From Mobula hypostoma (Eukaryota): a stretch of DNA of 64,000 bases. Location of the stretch: the NCBI RefSeq assembly GCF_963921235.1, contig NC_086106.1, forward strand, positions 24,490,001-24,554,000, written 5' to 3'. This document shows positions 23,443-36,399 of the stretch, one piece after another. Each line of letters begins with the position of its first letter. Positions within the stretch are counted from its first letter, which is position 1. Both the position numbers and the translations under genes were made by a program. The notes below the pieces were generated by a model. The model searched no databases. It saw only the letters and a list, made by a program, of their open reading frames with translations, and was not told the DNA's origin.

Positions 23443-25209
23443 GGCCCTATGTCCTGTATCCAAGGAGGGGTCCCGAATCTGTGCTCTCTGAATGTGTCCA
23501 TGGTTCCATCTACCTGCTCCCCGAGACCGAGGCTCTTTTTGCGGATGTTCCTCCGCTCCCTACCCCATGTTATGTCATTGCCTGGTTCTGGGATCGGAGC
23601 CCGAGGCAACACCCAGATACTGGGTCATTGCCCAGTCTCTGGCTCGGAGTCCATACCTTAGCCTCTTCATGTCTCCTCTAGTTCTGGGAACCGATTCCGA
23701 GTCCAAGTCCAGACCCTTGGTCCCAGCCTAGTTGTCGTCCTGAGTCCATGTCCAGTTCGCTATTTCCTGCTCCTGCCTTGCTCTCCTGGTATCGAACAAT
23801 AAACTAAATCTAAGTAACCTCACAAGATGTGTCTTGCATTTGGGTCCAGCCTTGCTGTCAATGCCCCCCACCACAGTGAAAGAACGCTCTCGCCAAACAT
23901 GGATCCAGCAGACAGAAACTGTGTTTCCAAACTCCAAGGTGTTGTTCTGTTTTGCTCGCCGGCCACATCCACCACACCCACCCTAGTCATCGATAATGCA
24001 GGCACATCTCTTGGTCGCCTGGAGGCTCCCATTGGGAGGGGATACTGTCATGGACCCGATAGGGGTCCCTTTAAAATTAGGTTGTTCATGTTACGATCCG
24101 GACTGTCGACTCCCTGTTATCCCGTGTCCTTCGACTTTGGTGATTAGAGGCAATTAACACTCGGCTGAAGCGGTAGTTTATAGTCTCCGGCTTTCAGCCG
24201 TTCGGTGCGGGAGCGTCTGCAAAGTCATCGAAGGTACGGTGTGTTGATGTAATCTGGCCGGAGCAAGCCTAGTCTCTGCCGAAGGGAGTGTCGGAAATTC
24301 GCCGTTCCCCACCGGAGCAAACCTGTCCAGTTACCTCTCCGAAGCGAGCCTGCAAAGTTTCCTTATCAAGGTGGGCCCGTCAGTTAACCCGGCAGAGAGA
24401 ATCAGGACCGCTGTCTACTGTTCCCGGGTCGATTCGAGAGCTCGCCACTACCCGGAGGCTTCAAGTCAAGTCCAGGCTCCCGGGGCATTCATGTAGGAAG
24501 TCGAATCCTGGCCTGGGGGCATTTAAGTACCAAGTCACGTCCTCGCCCTGGCAGTCTGTGATTCCAGTCCTACCCCCTTGTCTGAATCCCTTCTCTGCCC
24601 CCCTCGCCTCTAGCCCTTGTCTACAGCACCCGCCCGCACTTCGGTCTAGTTCCATCGCCGGAGCTAGATAGATACTGTCTGGTGATAATTCGTGTTGGTC
24701 TTGCCTTGTCTTATCGTCGCCTCCGTGGGGAAATTCAGGCCGTCTTGCCGTTGCCCAGCGGGGAGTCATGTCTTGTCTTATCCTCGCCTCCGTGGGGTAG
24801 GTCAGGCCTTCTTGCCGTTGCCCCGCGGGGATTATGTCTTGTCGTGTCTTGTCCTCGCCTCCGTATTGTAATTCAGGCCGACTCGCCGTTGCCCCGCGGA
24901 CGGTCATGAGTCCGGCCCTATATTCTGTACCCAAGGAGGGGTCCCGGCTCTCTGTTCTGTGTGTGTGTGTGTCCCAGCCCTATGTCCTGTACTCAAGGAG
25001 GGGTTCCGACTCTGTGTTCTGTGTATGTGTCCATGGTCTCATGTATTGCTCACCGAGACCAAGGCTCTGTGTTCACCTGTTGCTCCTCTCCCTAGCCCAT
25101 GTCATGTCCTTGCCGGATTCTGGGGTCCGAGCCCAAAGCAAGACCCAGGTACTGGGTCCTTGCCCAGTCTCTGGCTCGGAGTCCATACTCTAGCCTCTTC
25201 AAGCCTCCG

Positions 25210-26585
25210 TGTCACAATGCCGGGGGTATTGGGAGCAAAGATGGATCCAAATGCAAGACAAATCGTTTGAGGTTACTGAGATGTAGTTCATTGTTCCACA
25301 CCAGGAGAGCTAGGCAGGAGTAGGAATAGCGAACTGGACAGGGACTGAGGACTACGACTAAGCTGGGACCAATGCTTTGGACTTGGACTCGGAATCGGCT
25401 CAGAGAACTAGAAGAGACATGAAGAGGCAAGGGTATAGACTACGAGACCGAGACTAGGAAAGGACCCATTCCCTGAGTCATGCCTCGTGCTCAGATCCCA
25501 GAAACAGGCATGGACATGACATGGGCTAGGGAGAGGAGGAACATGGAAAACAGAGCCTCGGTCTCGGGAGAGCAGGTACATGGAACCATGGACACGTACA
25601 CAGAACACAGAGTCGGGACCCTTCCTTGCGTACAGGACATAGGGCCGGGACTCATGACTCCCGCGGGGCAAAGGTAAGACGGCCTGCCTTACCCCACGGA
25701 GGCGAGGACAAGACAAGACAAGACCAACACGATTGAACACCAGTCAGTACCTGTGTAGCTCCGGTGATGGAACTAGACCGAAGTGCAGGCGGGGGCTGCA
25801 GACGAGGGCTAGAGGCGAGAGGGACAGAGAAGTGATTCAGACAAGGGGGGTAGGACAGGACTCATAGACTGCCAGGGTCATGACTTGACTCAGAACTGGG
25901 AAGCAGCCAAGGAAAGGAATTGGCTTGATGCTTGAAAGCAACCAGGGCCAGTACATGACTTGGTGCTTGAATGCCGCTAGGAAAAGACTTGACTTGGTGC
26001 TTGAATGCTACCAGGGACAGGACTTGGTTTTGTTCTTGAATGCCGCCAGGGCTAGTATTTGAGTTGGTGCTTCAATGTTGCCAGGACAGGACTTGAATTA
26101 GCGCTTGAATGCCGCTAGTACCAGGACTTGACTTGGTGCTTGGATGCCGCCGGAGCCAGGACTTGACTTTGAACCTCCGGGTAGTTGCGAGCTCTCGACT
26201 CGGCCCGAGAACAGTAGACAGCGGTTCTTGATTCCCTCCGGCGGGTTAAATGACGGACCCACCTCGGTGACGAAACTTTGCAGGCTTTCTTTGGCGAGGT
26301 AACTCAACAGGGTTGCTCCGGTGAGGAAGAGCGAATTACCGGCACGCGTTTCGGCAGAGACTAAGCTTGCTCCAGCCAGATGACATCTGCACACCGTGCC
26401 TTTCATGACTTTGAAGATGCTCCCGCACCGAACGGCGACAGCCGGAGACAATAAACTCCCCGTACAACCGAGCGTTAATTGCCTCTAATCACCAAAGACT
26501 AGGGACACAGGAAGCAGGGAGTCAACGGTCCGGATCGTAACATAAACATGGTAAATTTAAAGGGACCCCGATCGGGACCATGACA
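25210..26585 (-). mobile_element. Solo family-B LTR inserted in reverse inside LTR2
   Basis: TGTCACA...CATGACA, reverse complement of LTR1/LTR2; flanked by ctccg and gtccg (TSD TCCG). Confidence 0.82.
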
Positions 26586-26871
26586 GTCCGATACCGAGGC
26601 AAGACCCAGGTACTGGTCCTTGCGCAGTCTCTGGTTCGGAGTCCATACCCTAACTTGTTCATGTCTCCTCTAGTTCTGGGAGCCGATTCCGTGTCCAAGC
26701 CCAGACCTTTGGTCCAAGATTAGTCGTAGTCCGGATTCCTTGTCCAGTTCGCTATTTCCTGCTCCTTCCTTGCTCTCTGGTATCGAACAATAAATTAAAT
26801 CTAAGTAACCTCACAAGATGTGTCTTTCATTGGGGTCCTCCTTTGCTCCCAAAGCCCCCGCCAGTGTGACA

Positions 26872-27365
26872 CAGCATGACATAATTCAATCTGATGGCCT
26901 TGTGGATGAAACTGTCCCAGAGCCGGTTTCTCTTGGTTTTAATGCTGCGACACAGTTTCCGAAAGGTAATCGCTGGAACGGTTTGTTGTTTCAGCGACTC
27001 GGATCCCCTTCTGATTCTTCCGCCCCTTTTTACCCACCAGACACTTTAAAAGTCCTGAATAGTGGAAAGTGCACATCCACAGTTGCGCTGGGCTGTCAGC
27101 ACCACCCTCTGCAGAGTCCTGCGATTGTGAGAAGTACATTTCCCAGTGCAGGCAGCATACAGTCTGTCAGGGTGCTTTTAATTATGCTCCTGCAGAAAGA
27201 TCTTTGGATTTGGAGAGACACAAAAAATCCAGTCACGATAAACCCAAGAACAAGCACTCTTCTGGTGAGATTGTTCAGGTTGTCTATCAGTTCAAAGTTT
27301 CTACGTCTTCTACATCATATTGTTCCCTTATTTTGTGTTTTCTTTTCAATATGTGACTACAGTCT
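26872..27365 (-). mobile_element. Rex1/L2-clade LINE 3' fragment (target of the family-B insertion)
   Basis: Reverse-complement similarity to the LINE 3' end; continues from ~22330-22423 across the TSD. Confidence 0.55.
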
Positions 27366-28492
27366 GTATTAACCATATAACCATAGAACAATTACAGCCG
27401 GAAATCGGCCATCTCGGCCGTTCTAGTCCGTGCCGAAAGCTTACTCTCACGTAGTCCCACCGACCTGCAATCAGCCCACAACCCTCCATTCCTTAACTGT
27501 CCATATAGCTCTCCAATTTCACTTTAAATGACAATATCGATCCTGCCTCGACCACTTTTCCTGGAAGCTCATTCCACACACCTACAATTCTCTGAGGAAA
27601 TAAGCCCCCCCACCCCCCACCCCCCCCCCGCCTCATGTTACCGCTAAACTTTTTCTTTTAACTCTAAACTCATATCCTCTTGTTTGAATCTCCCCTGGTC
27701 CCAATGGAAAAAGCCTGTCCACGCCAACTCTATCCATGCCCCGCATAATTTTAAATACCTCAATCAAGTCCCCATTCAACCTTCTACGCTCCAAGGTATG
27801 AAGACCCGACTTGTTCAACGCTTCTCTGTAACTAGGTGATGAAACCCGGGTAATATTCTCGTAAATCTTCTCTGTATTCTCTCTATTTTGTTGACGCCTT
27901 TCCTATAATTCGGTGACCAGAACTGTACACAATACTACAGAATTGTCTTACCAATCCCTTGTACAGTTTTAACATTACATCATGTTACGTACCCCGTAAC
28001 TGGGTTGCCAAACCAGCAGGAATGGACCACTTAGTTGAAGTCTGGTTTAACAGAAACTAATAAAGTTTTATTGGAGAAATAAGTAACACGGTACTCTAAT
28101 CGTACGGATATGAATGCAACATGTTAGCAATGATAAAACAGACATGTACACAGCACTAGGGTAATAGGAATCATCAAGCTGTATCGCAGTCTAAGGGTAA
28201 AATGATCAGTCTTAAGTGACGCAGAGCTCAGTTCAGCTTAGTGCAGATCGCAGTAATCGCTGTTGTGCCGTTGGAGAGAGAGAGAGATGCAAATCTGATT
28301 CAGCAGACCTTTGATGTTCTTCGCAGTTGGCTTTCGGGCGGACCATTTTTTATGTCTTCTGTGGCCACCGACTGTGACCCCTCCGTTCAGAATACGACCG
28401 TTCTTCCGCGCTGAACCTGGCACCCAGGCAAGGGCGGACACACAAACCAGGTTCCCACCGATAGTACCTTTTTCACTCTGTCCATCTATGGT

Positions 28493-28758
28493 CTGTCTGT
28501 CTGTCTGTGTCTTGTTTTACGGCGGTTGGCATCCAGCTTAATGCTGCATTACCGCCACCTCCTGCTCCGGAATGTGCACTAGACATATATTCTAAATCCA
28601 GTGACCCAATCGCGCGCGCGCGCGCGCACACACACAGACTGACCTACACTTTACCATCACATCTTTGACCATCCTAGTACCCGATTCCTGTTTATCCGTC
28701 ATATCCTATAAAAAAAAACCTGTACCACTTAAGAACGCTAAAAATACCATCTATGGTC
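28493..28758 (-). mobile_element. Short LINE 3' fragment inserted in the LTR, containing (CG)8(CA)n
   Basis: ccatctatggtc is duplicated on both sides; the segment is absent from the sister LTR. Confidence 0.6.
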
Positions 28759-30755
28759 GGTTCCCGCGACCAGACCTCCAAACTGCACCAACTTGTGGGG
28801 GCACACAGCTGTTCCAGGGTGTTGTTATCTCGTGTTCTCGTGGTGTGTGTTGTGCCTTAGCGAACCTGTTCTTGTTATCTCTCTGCTGGGGTATCGCCTG
28901 TCCATCAAACTTCAAACAGTTTAGGTTCAAAGCAAACTATCTGTTAATATTCCGAAATGTGTTTCTTTCTCGTTAATCTCTTTCTTCTCTCCTATTAGCA
29001 TTTTGAATGTTTCTCCATTGTGTCACTTATCTCTCTATTTAGCATTAATCTTCTGATAACTTGTTTTTTCGTCACACCCCTATCCTTCAAAGGATTTTTA
29101 CCGGGGTAAAAATTATGAGCATGGATACATTATTAGGTACACACTAATATACAGGGTCATCAGCTATAAGGCTAATACAGAGAACTTTAAGTTTTCAACA
29201 CCTTGACAGACAGCAATCACATTGTCCGTTCCTTTTATATGTTTTATTTTAATACCAAATTAATACCAAATACCAGGCTCCAACTTAGCAACCTTTTTTT
29301 TTATCCTTCATAGTGGCCAATAATTGGTTGTGATCAGTGTAAATTATCAGTGGTTTCCGTGCCGGAGAACTATAAAAAAGGTCTTCCCACAGAAACTTTG
29401 CATTCTTTGGCAAGAGTTTAGTAAGAGGGAGGGTAATATCCGCAAAGTTTTTTTGCAAAACTTCCGATAGTACCCCACCATCCCCAAGAACTTCTCAGGG
29501 CTCTCATGTCTGTCGGGATCGGAAATTACGCGATAGCCCGCACCTTAGCCTCCATCGGAGCCAGCTGCCCCTGTCCTACCACAAATCCCATATAACTGAC
29601 CTTCGCGTGGCCGAATTCACTTTTTGCGAGGTTCACTCTCACGTTGGCTTCAGTCAGCTTTTTAAACAGTTCCTCTTTGCCACAGTGTGCTCCTCCCACG
29701 TGTCACTCCAGCCCACTAAATAGTTTATATATGCATCTGCGTGCCTTAACCGTTTTGTCACTGAATTAATCATCCTGTAGGGATGTTGCTTACTAGGCTG
29801 ACCTGATGTGACAACAACACCATGTCCCGTCTCTTTGCATCGCCTCGGGACATCCGGACATACGTCTGCGTGCCGGTTAGTTAGTTTTATCAGCGGCTCG
29901 CTCTGTTCGGGGGTTAAGTGAGAGAACTCATCAGCAAAGTTGGCCAAAACAATAGAGTGCAAAACAATACACCTTGTTTCGGCATGGGACCCTGCGCTAG
30001 CGTCATCCTTAACTTCTCCAGCTTAAATTCCATTTCCCTTTGGTTCTCTCTCTTTCTTGTCGTTCTAACTGCTTATGTTCTGGTTCTAGCTGCCTTACCC
30101 GGAACTCGTGCTTGAGTCTCAATTTTTCAATCTGCAGCTGCACCCCCTCCCCACCAAGTTTGCCCATAGATACCACCACCAGCTCCCCTTGGAGAAACAC
30201 ACCTTTAGATACATCATGCTCTATGATAGCACTTTGCATCTCCGCTCTCCTCATTGTCGAGTTCCCCTTAAAAAAAAAGATTAAAACGTTTGGCAGCAGT
30301 TGCCAATTCTGACGTCCTGGCATCCCCTAATGCCTCCAAGGTTGGTGCCTTTAGAAATTCCTCAATCTCCATTCTTGCTGTTTGTCCTTTCTCTCTTTTG
30401 GGAACTTTAAACCAATGAATTTACCCAGTCCCAAATTTAGCGTTCAAAATCGCGGACGAGATCCCCACTTATGTTACGCACCCCGTACCTGGGATGCCAA
30501 ATCAGCAGAAATGGACCACATAGTTGGAGTCTGGTTTAAAAGAAACTAATAAAGTTTTATTTAAGAAATAAGTAACACAGTACTCTAATCTACGGATATA
30601 AATGCAACAGGTTAGCAATGATAAAACGCACATGTACACAAAACTAGGATAATAGGAATCAATCAAGCTCTATCGCCCTAGGGTAAAATCATAAAATCAT
30701 CAGTGTTACGTGACGCAGAGTTCAGTTCAACTTAGTGCAGTTCGCAGTAATCACT

Positions 30756-30907
30756 NNNNNNNNNNNNNNNNNNNNNNNNNNNNNNNNNNNNNNNNNNNNN
30801 NNNNNNNNNNNNNNNNNNNNNNNNNNNNNNNNNNNNNNNNNNNNNNNNNNNNNNNNNNNNNNNNNNNNNNNNNNNNNNNNNNNNNNNNNNNNNNNNNNNN
30901 NNNNNNN
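30756..30907. other. Assembly gap (152 N)
   Basis: N run at the position where sister LTRs have a (GA)n tract. Confidence 1.
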
Positions 30908-31367
30908 CAGCAGACCTTTGATGTTCTTCGCAGTTGGTTTTCGGGCGAACCCTTTTTTTATGTCTTCTGTGTTCACCGACTGTGACCCCTCCGTTCCGGA
31001 TACAACCGTTCTTCCGCGGTGCATCCGGCATCCAGGCAAGGGCGGACACACACACCAGGTTCCCACCGATCGTACCCTTTTCACCCTGAGCATCTATGGT
31101 CTGTTCCGCGACCAGACCTCCCAACTCCGCCTACTTGTGGGGGCACACTGCTCTTCCAGGGTCTCGTGATCTCGTGATCTCGTGGTGTGTGTCGTGCCGT
31201 AGTGAACCTGTTCTTTTTTATCCTCCTGCTGGCGTTTCACCTGTCCATTAAACTTCGAACAGTTCAGGTTCAAAGCAACCGGTCTGTAAATATTCTGAAA
31301 TGTGTTTCTTTCTCGTTAATCTCTCTCTTCTCTCTCATTTCATTTTGAATGTTTCTCCATTGTCTCA

Positions 31368-31657
31368 GATTGAGGATAGAGGGGAAGCCTTTTAGGACCG
31401 AGATTAGGAAAAACTTCTTCACACAGACAGTGGCTAATCTGTGGAATTCTCTGCCACAGGAAACAACAGTTCATTGGCTATGTTTAAGAGGGAGTTAGAT
31501 ATGGCCCTTGTGGCTACAGGGGTCAGGGGGTATGGAGGGAAGGCTGGGGCGGGGTTCTGAGTTGGATGATCAGCCATGATCATAATAAATGGCGGTGCAG
31601 GCTCGAAGGGCCGAATGGCCTACTCCTGCACCTATTTTCTATGTTTCTATGTTTCTA
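31368..31657 (+). mobile_element. 5'-truncated CR1 insertion inside the LTR
   Basis: TSD TGTCTCA (31361-67 and 31658-64); (ttctatgt)n tail. Confidence 0.8.
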
Positions 31658-31944
31658 TGTCTCACTTATCTCTCTCTCATTAGCATCAATCTTCTGATAA
31701 CTTGGTTTTTCGTCACACATCCCAACTCCTATACTCAATGCTCTGATTTATAAAGCCAAGCATACTAAAAGCTTTCTTCACCACCCTATCCACATGAGAT
31801 TCCACCACTATTCCTAAATACCTCCGTTCTACTGCATTCTTCAATGCCCTACTATTTACAATGTATGTCCTATTTTGATTAGTTCTGCCAAAATGTAGCA
31901 CCTTACATTGATCAGCATTAAACTCCATCCGCCATATTTCAGTT

Positions 31945-32345
31945 GTGTTGCCATGTTGCAGTGGATGAGATACATTGTCCAAGATGGCATGCAACTTGGA
32001 CATTATCCTCTTTTCAGACACCACGGTCAGAAAGTCCAGTTCCATCCCCACAACATCACTGGCCTTACGAATGAGTTTGTTGCTTCTCTCGGTGTCTGCT
32101 ACCTCAGCCTGGTGCCCCAACACACAACAGAAAACATGATAGCACTGGCCACCACAGACTTGGAGAACTTCCTCAGCATCGTCCGGCAAATGTTAAAGGA
32201 CCTCAGTCTCCTCCGGAAATAGAGACGGCTCTAACTCTTCTTGTGGACAGCATCAGAGTTCTTTGACCAGTCCAGTTTATTGTCAATTCGTATCCCCAGT
32301 ATAAACGTTCACCGTGTCCACACTGACCCCCTGGATGGAAACAGA
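31945..32345 (-). mobile_element. Rex1/L2-clade LINE fragment
   Basis: ERSNKLIRKASDVVGMEL...KLHAILDNVSHPL in ORF 31713-32189. Confidence 0.65.
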
Positions 32346-32359
32346 GGTCACCGGTACCT

Positions 32360-32510
32360 TAGCTAATCATTGCTAACCTGTTTGATATGTCCGCATTTAT
32401 ATTACTGTATTGCGCAGTTACTAATAAATACTATTATTTAAAAGCAATAACGGACTCCAAAGCATTTTCCATTTTTGCTGGTTCTTTAGCCCGTCACGGG
32501 GTACCTGACA
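32360..32510 (+). mobile_element. 3' fragment of a family-A-like LTR
   Basis: Matches 48860-49007; ends ggggtacctgaca. Confidence 0.65.
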
Positions 32511-32879
32511 GACCGCAGAAAAGTACAACGCCACGCCAATGGCTTTCGGGACCGTATGGTTAAGAAACCCATTGAAATAGAACCGATGAAAAAAAAAATT
32601 AACATTGACAGACTCGCTACAAGTGACAAGTGTAATTCGATTGCAAACAAGGCGATAAAACCGAAGCCTGATTAGACGTGGAGGGGGATCAGGACTGGAC
32701 AAGACATACTTGGGCTTCGTCCTTGATGATGCTGGCAGAGTTTGACGTCAAAACTTCAAAAAAAAAGTCTGAACGTGGCTGGAAGCCTGAGAAGAGCTTA
32801 TTCGTAATGCAGAACCAAACTGTTCATTTGTCATGCATGCTTCAGCATAATTTTACCATAGATATATAGGTATGCGTTT

Positions 32880-35445
32880 AGTATTAAGCCACAATAAAAT
32901 TGGAATGTCGTAAAGGTAATACTACGGGTGTTATGGGGGATTTCAACATGCAGATAGACTGGGAAAATCAGGTTGGCATTGTACACCAAGAAAGGGAGTT
33001 TGTTGAAAGACTCAGAGACGGATTCTTAGAGCAGCTTCTATTCGAGCCTCCCAGGGAGAAGGCAATTTTGCATTTAGTGTTGTGTAATCAGCCAGATTTG
33101 ATAAGGGAACTCGAGGTAAAGGAGCCATTTGGAGCTCATGATAAATAATACGATAAGTAGTAATCTACAATATGAGAGTGAGAGGGGAAAATCGGAAGTG
33201 TCAGTATTACCGTTGCACAAACGGGACTAAGGACACACGAGGGAGAAGCTGGCCAAAGTTGACTGGAAAGATACCCGAGCATGGATGATAGTGGAACAAG
33301 AATAGCAGGTATTGCTGGGAACAATACAGAAGGTGCAGGATTAGTTCATTCCAAAGAGTAAGAAAGATTCTAAGGGGATTAAAGGGCGACAGTGGATTAC
33401 AAGGGAAGTCAAGGACAGTATTAAAATAAAACAGAGGAAGTATAACATCGAAAGGATGAGCGGGAAGCCAGAGAATTAGGAGACTTTTATAAGGAGCAAC
33501 AGAATATAACTAAAAAGGCAATACGGGGGTGGGGGTGGGGGGTGGGGGAAGAAGAGGTAAGAAGTCAAGCGAGCCAATAATATAAAGGGGGAGTGTAAAA
33601 GCTTCTTTAGGTATGTAAACTGGAAACAATTAGTTAAGACCAAAGTTGGGCCCTTGAAGACAGAAACAGGTGAAATTATTATGAGGAAAAAGGAAATGGC
33701 AGACGAGCTGAACAGGTACTTTGGATTTGTCTTCACTGGGGAAGACACAAACAATCTCCCAGATGTAATAGTGGCAAGAAGACCTAGGGTAACGGAGGAA
33801 CTGCAGGAATATCGCATTAGTTAGAAAATGGGGTTGGATAAACTAATGGGTCTGAAGGTTGAAAAATCCCCAGAGCTTGATGGTGTGCATCCCAGGGTAC
33901 TTAAGGAGGTAGCTCTAGAAATCGTGGACGCATTGCCAATCATTTTCCAATCTTCTATACATTCAGGATCAGTTCCTGCGGATTGAAGGGTAGCTAATGT
34001 TATCCCAATTTTTAATAACGGAGGGATAAAGAAAACAGGCAATTATAGACCAGTTAGTCTGATATCAGTGGTGGGGAAGATGCTGGAGTCAGTTATAAAA
34101 GATGAAATAGCGGCATATTTGGATAGCAGCAGCAGGATAGGTCCGAGTCAGCATGGAATTACGAAGGAAAAATTATGCTTGACTAATCCTCTGGAATGTT
34201 TTGAGGATGTAACTATGAAAATGGACATGGGAATGCCAGTGGATGTAGTGCAACTGGACTTTCAAAAAGCCTTTTATAAGGTCTAACATACGAGGTTAGT
34301 GGGCAAAATTAGAGACCATGGTATTGGGGGTGGGGTACTGACATAGGTAGAAAATTGGTTGGCAGACAGTAAACAAAGAGTAGGGATTAACGGGTCTTTT
34401 TCAGACTGGCAGGCCGTAACTAGTGGGGTACCACAAGGCTCGGTGCTGGGACTGCAGCTATGTACAACATGCATTAATGATTTAGATGAAGGGATTAAAA
34501 GTAACATTAGCAAATTTGCAGATGACACAAAGCTGGGTGACAGTGTGAAATATGAGGAGGATTCAATGCGAATGCAGGATGGCTTGGACAAGTTGGTTGA
34601 GTGTGTAGATGCATGGCAGATGCAGTTTAATGTGGATAAATGTGAGGTTATCCACTTTGGTGGCAAGAACAGGCAGGCAAATTACTATCTGAATGGTGGC
34701 AAGTTAGAAAAAAAGGGAAATTCGACGAGATCTGGGTGTCGTTGTTCATCAATCACTGAAAGTAAGCATACAGGTACAGCAGGCAGTGAAGGAAAATATT
34801 CGCATGTTGGCCTTCATAACAAGGAGAGTTGAGTATAGGAGCAAAGGGTTCTTTCTGCGGTTGTACAAGGCCCTGGTGAGACCCCACCTGGAGCATTGTG
34901 TCCAGTTTTGGTCTCCAAATTTGAGGGATTTCATTCTTGCTATTGAGGGAGTTCAGCGTAGAATCACTGGGTTAATTCCAGGGATGGCGGGAATGTCATA
35001 TGTTGAAAGAGTGGAGTGACTGGGTTTGAACACACTGGTATTTAGAAGAATGAGAGGGGATCTGATTGAAACGTCTAAGATTATTATGGGATTGGATAAG
35101 CTACAGGCAGGAAACACGATCCCGGTGTTGAGGGAGTCCAGAACCAGAGGACACAGTTTAAGAATAAGGGTAGACCATTTAGAATGGAGTTGAGGAAAAA
35201 ACTTTTACATACAGAGGGATGTGAATCTGTGCAAAGCTCTTCCTCAGAAGGCAGTGGAGGCCAATTCTATAGATGCTTTCAAGAAAGAGTTAGATAGAGC
35301 TCTTAAAAATAGCGGAGTCAAGGGACATGGGGAGAAGGCAGGAACATGGTATTGATTGTGGATGATCAGCCATGATCACAGTGAATGGCGGTGCTGGCTT
35401 CGAGTGCCTAATAGTCTACTCCTGCACCTATTGCTTATTGTCTTT
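32880..35445 (+). mobile_element. CR1 LINE, most of ORF2 (APE C-terminus, RT) plus 3' UTR, disrupted
   Basis: VMGDFNM, DFQKAF, SGVPQGSVLG, SKFADDTK, RLYKALVRPHLE motifs with multiple stops. Confidence 0.92.
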
Positions 35446-35679
35446 GTATAACACGTTGGCTATAATGGACGCTTACTGATTCTTGGTAAGGAAGGCTTCC
35501 ACATATCTGTTGTAGTGATTTGTAATAACCAAGTTATTCGCAATATCGCAGGCACCTGGATCTATTGACAGGATGTCCATACCAAACACCTCAAGTAGCG
35601 CTGATTTTTTTACCTGGAACAACAGAACGTCCCTCGTATGCAGCGACTTACTCCATATGCACGACTGACAGCACTTCTC

Positions 35680-36260
35680 CAGCCATGGCTTCATCAGTCG
35701 CCAGTGGAACCATTCAGAAACGTCGACAGTACCTCTTCCTAGAGATGCTGCCTGGCCTGCTGCGTTCACCAGCAACTTTGATGTGTGTTGCTTGAATTTA
35801 CAACATCTGCAGAATTCCTGTTGTTTGCGTTTTTAAAATTCACTACTGCGAATCCTCTTCAGGTGATGCATACACCGAAGAAGTTTAGATCCTTTTTTCG
35901 ATGGGAGTTCAATGAAACCATCTCTCACTGCTCCCCATCTGTAATTTCTTCGGCTTTTCAACTTTTCGATCACATTTTGACTTACACTCGGTATCACAGC
36001 CATATATCCTTTCTTGGAACGTGTTCTCATATCCCCTTTGCCAATCACCCGTCCAGCCCTTGGCTCCATCCCTCCCCCTCCTGTCTTCTCCTATCATTTT
36101 GGATCTCCCCCTCCCCTTCCCACTTTCAAATCTCTTACTAACTTTTCCTTCAGTTAGTCCTGACGAAGGATCTTGGCCTGAAACCTCGACTATACCTCTT
36201 CCTAGAGATGCTGCCTGGCCTGCTCCGTTCACCAGCAACTTTGATGTCTATTGCTTGAGC
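35680..36260 (+). mobile_element. Two Penelope-like terminal fragments
   Basis: Repeated gaaacgtcgac...cctagagatgctgcctggcctgctg...accagcaactttgatg at ~35720-35830 and ~36170-36250. Confidence 0.65.
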
Positions 36261-36399
36261 CATTCAGAAGCTCATTATGATCTATCGCTCTATCTGCCCT
36301 TACCTTTCCCCCGCCTTTACCGGGATGGAAAACTAGCAAATGGCTTTCACTCTAGGGACACGAACACTCTCTCCTCCCCTTCGCTATGTAGCCTTCCAT

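Larger units (their letters stand above)
22424..26871 (+). mobile_element. Internally deleted Gypsy-type LTR element (family B)
   Basis: Perfect TSD CAGCA (22419-23 and 26872-76). LTR1 22424-23881. The 164-bp internal region starts gaacgctctcgccaaacATGGATCCAGCAGAC (MDPAD gag-like start) and ends in PPT gggagggg. LTR2 is 24046-26871. LTRs carry caagtcaagtcc-type tandem repeats. Confidence 0.85.
27983..31717 (-). mobile_element. Internally deleted Gypsy LTR element (family A)
   Basis: LTRs 30472-31717 and 27983-29076. Degenerate tRNA-Pro PBS tggggatctcgtccgcgat next to 30471, PPT gaaggatagggg next to 29076, gag-like coiled coil at 30009-30323, RT remnants at ~29400-29960. Near-TSD catca/catcc. 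Confidence 0.82.
27365..31945 (-). mobile_element. CR1 LINE 3' portion split by an LTR element (pieces 27365-27982 and 31718-31945)
   Basis: The flanks join as aacattacatc|ccaactcctatactcaatgctctg, the reverse of the CR1 ORF2 C-terminus; tail aaccatataaccatag at the left. Confidence 0.75.

Noticed and set aside
23872-23910. CACAGTG at the LTR1 end
   Set aside because: Explained as the decayed LTR terminus (gtgaca to gtgaaa); no nonamer.
33525-33550. G-quadruplex-like G runs (also ~55110-55130)
   Set aside because: Homopolymer expansions inside dead CR1 copies; no evidence of function.
35374-35390. CACAGTG
   Set aside because: Part of the CR1 3' UTR.
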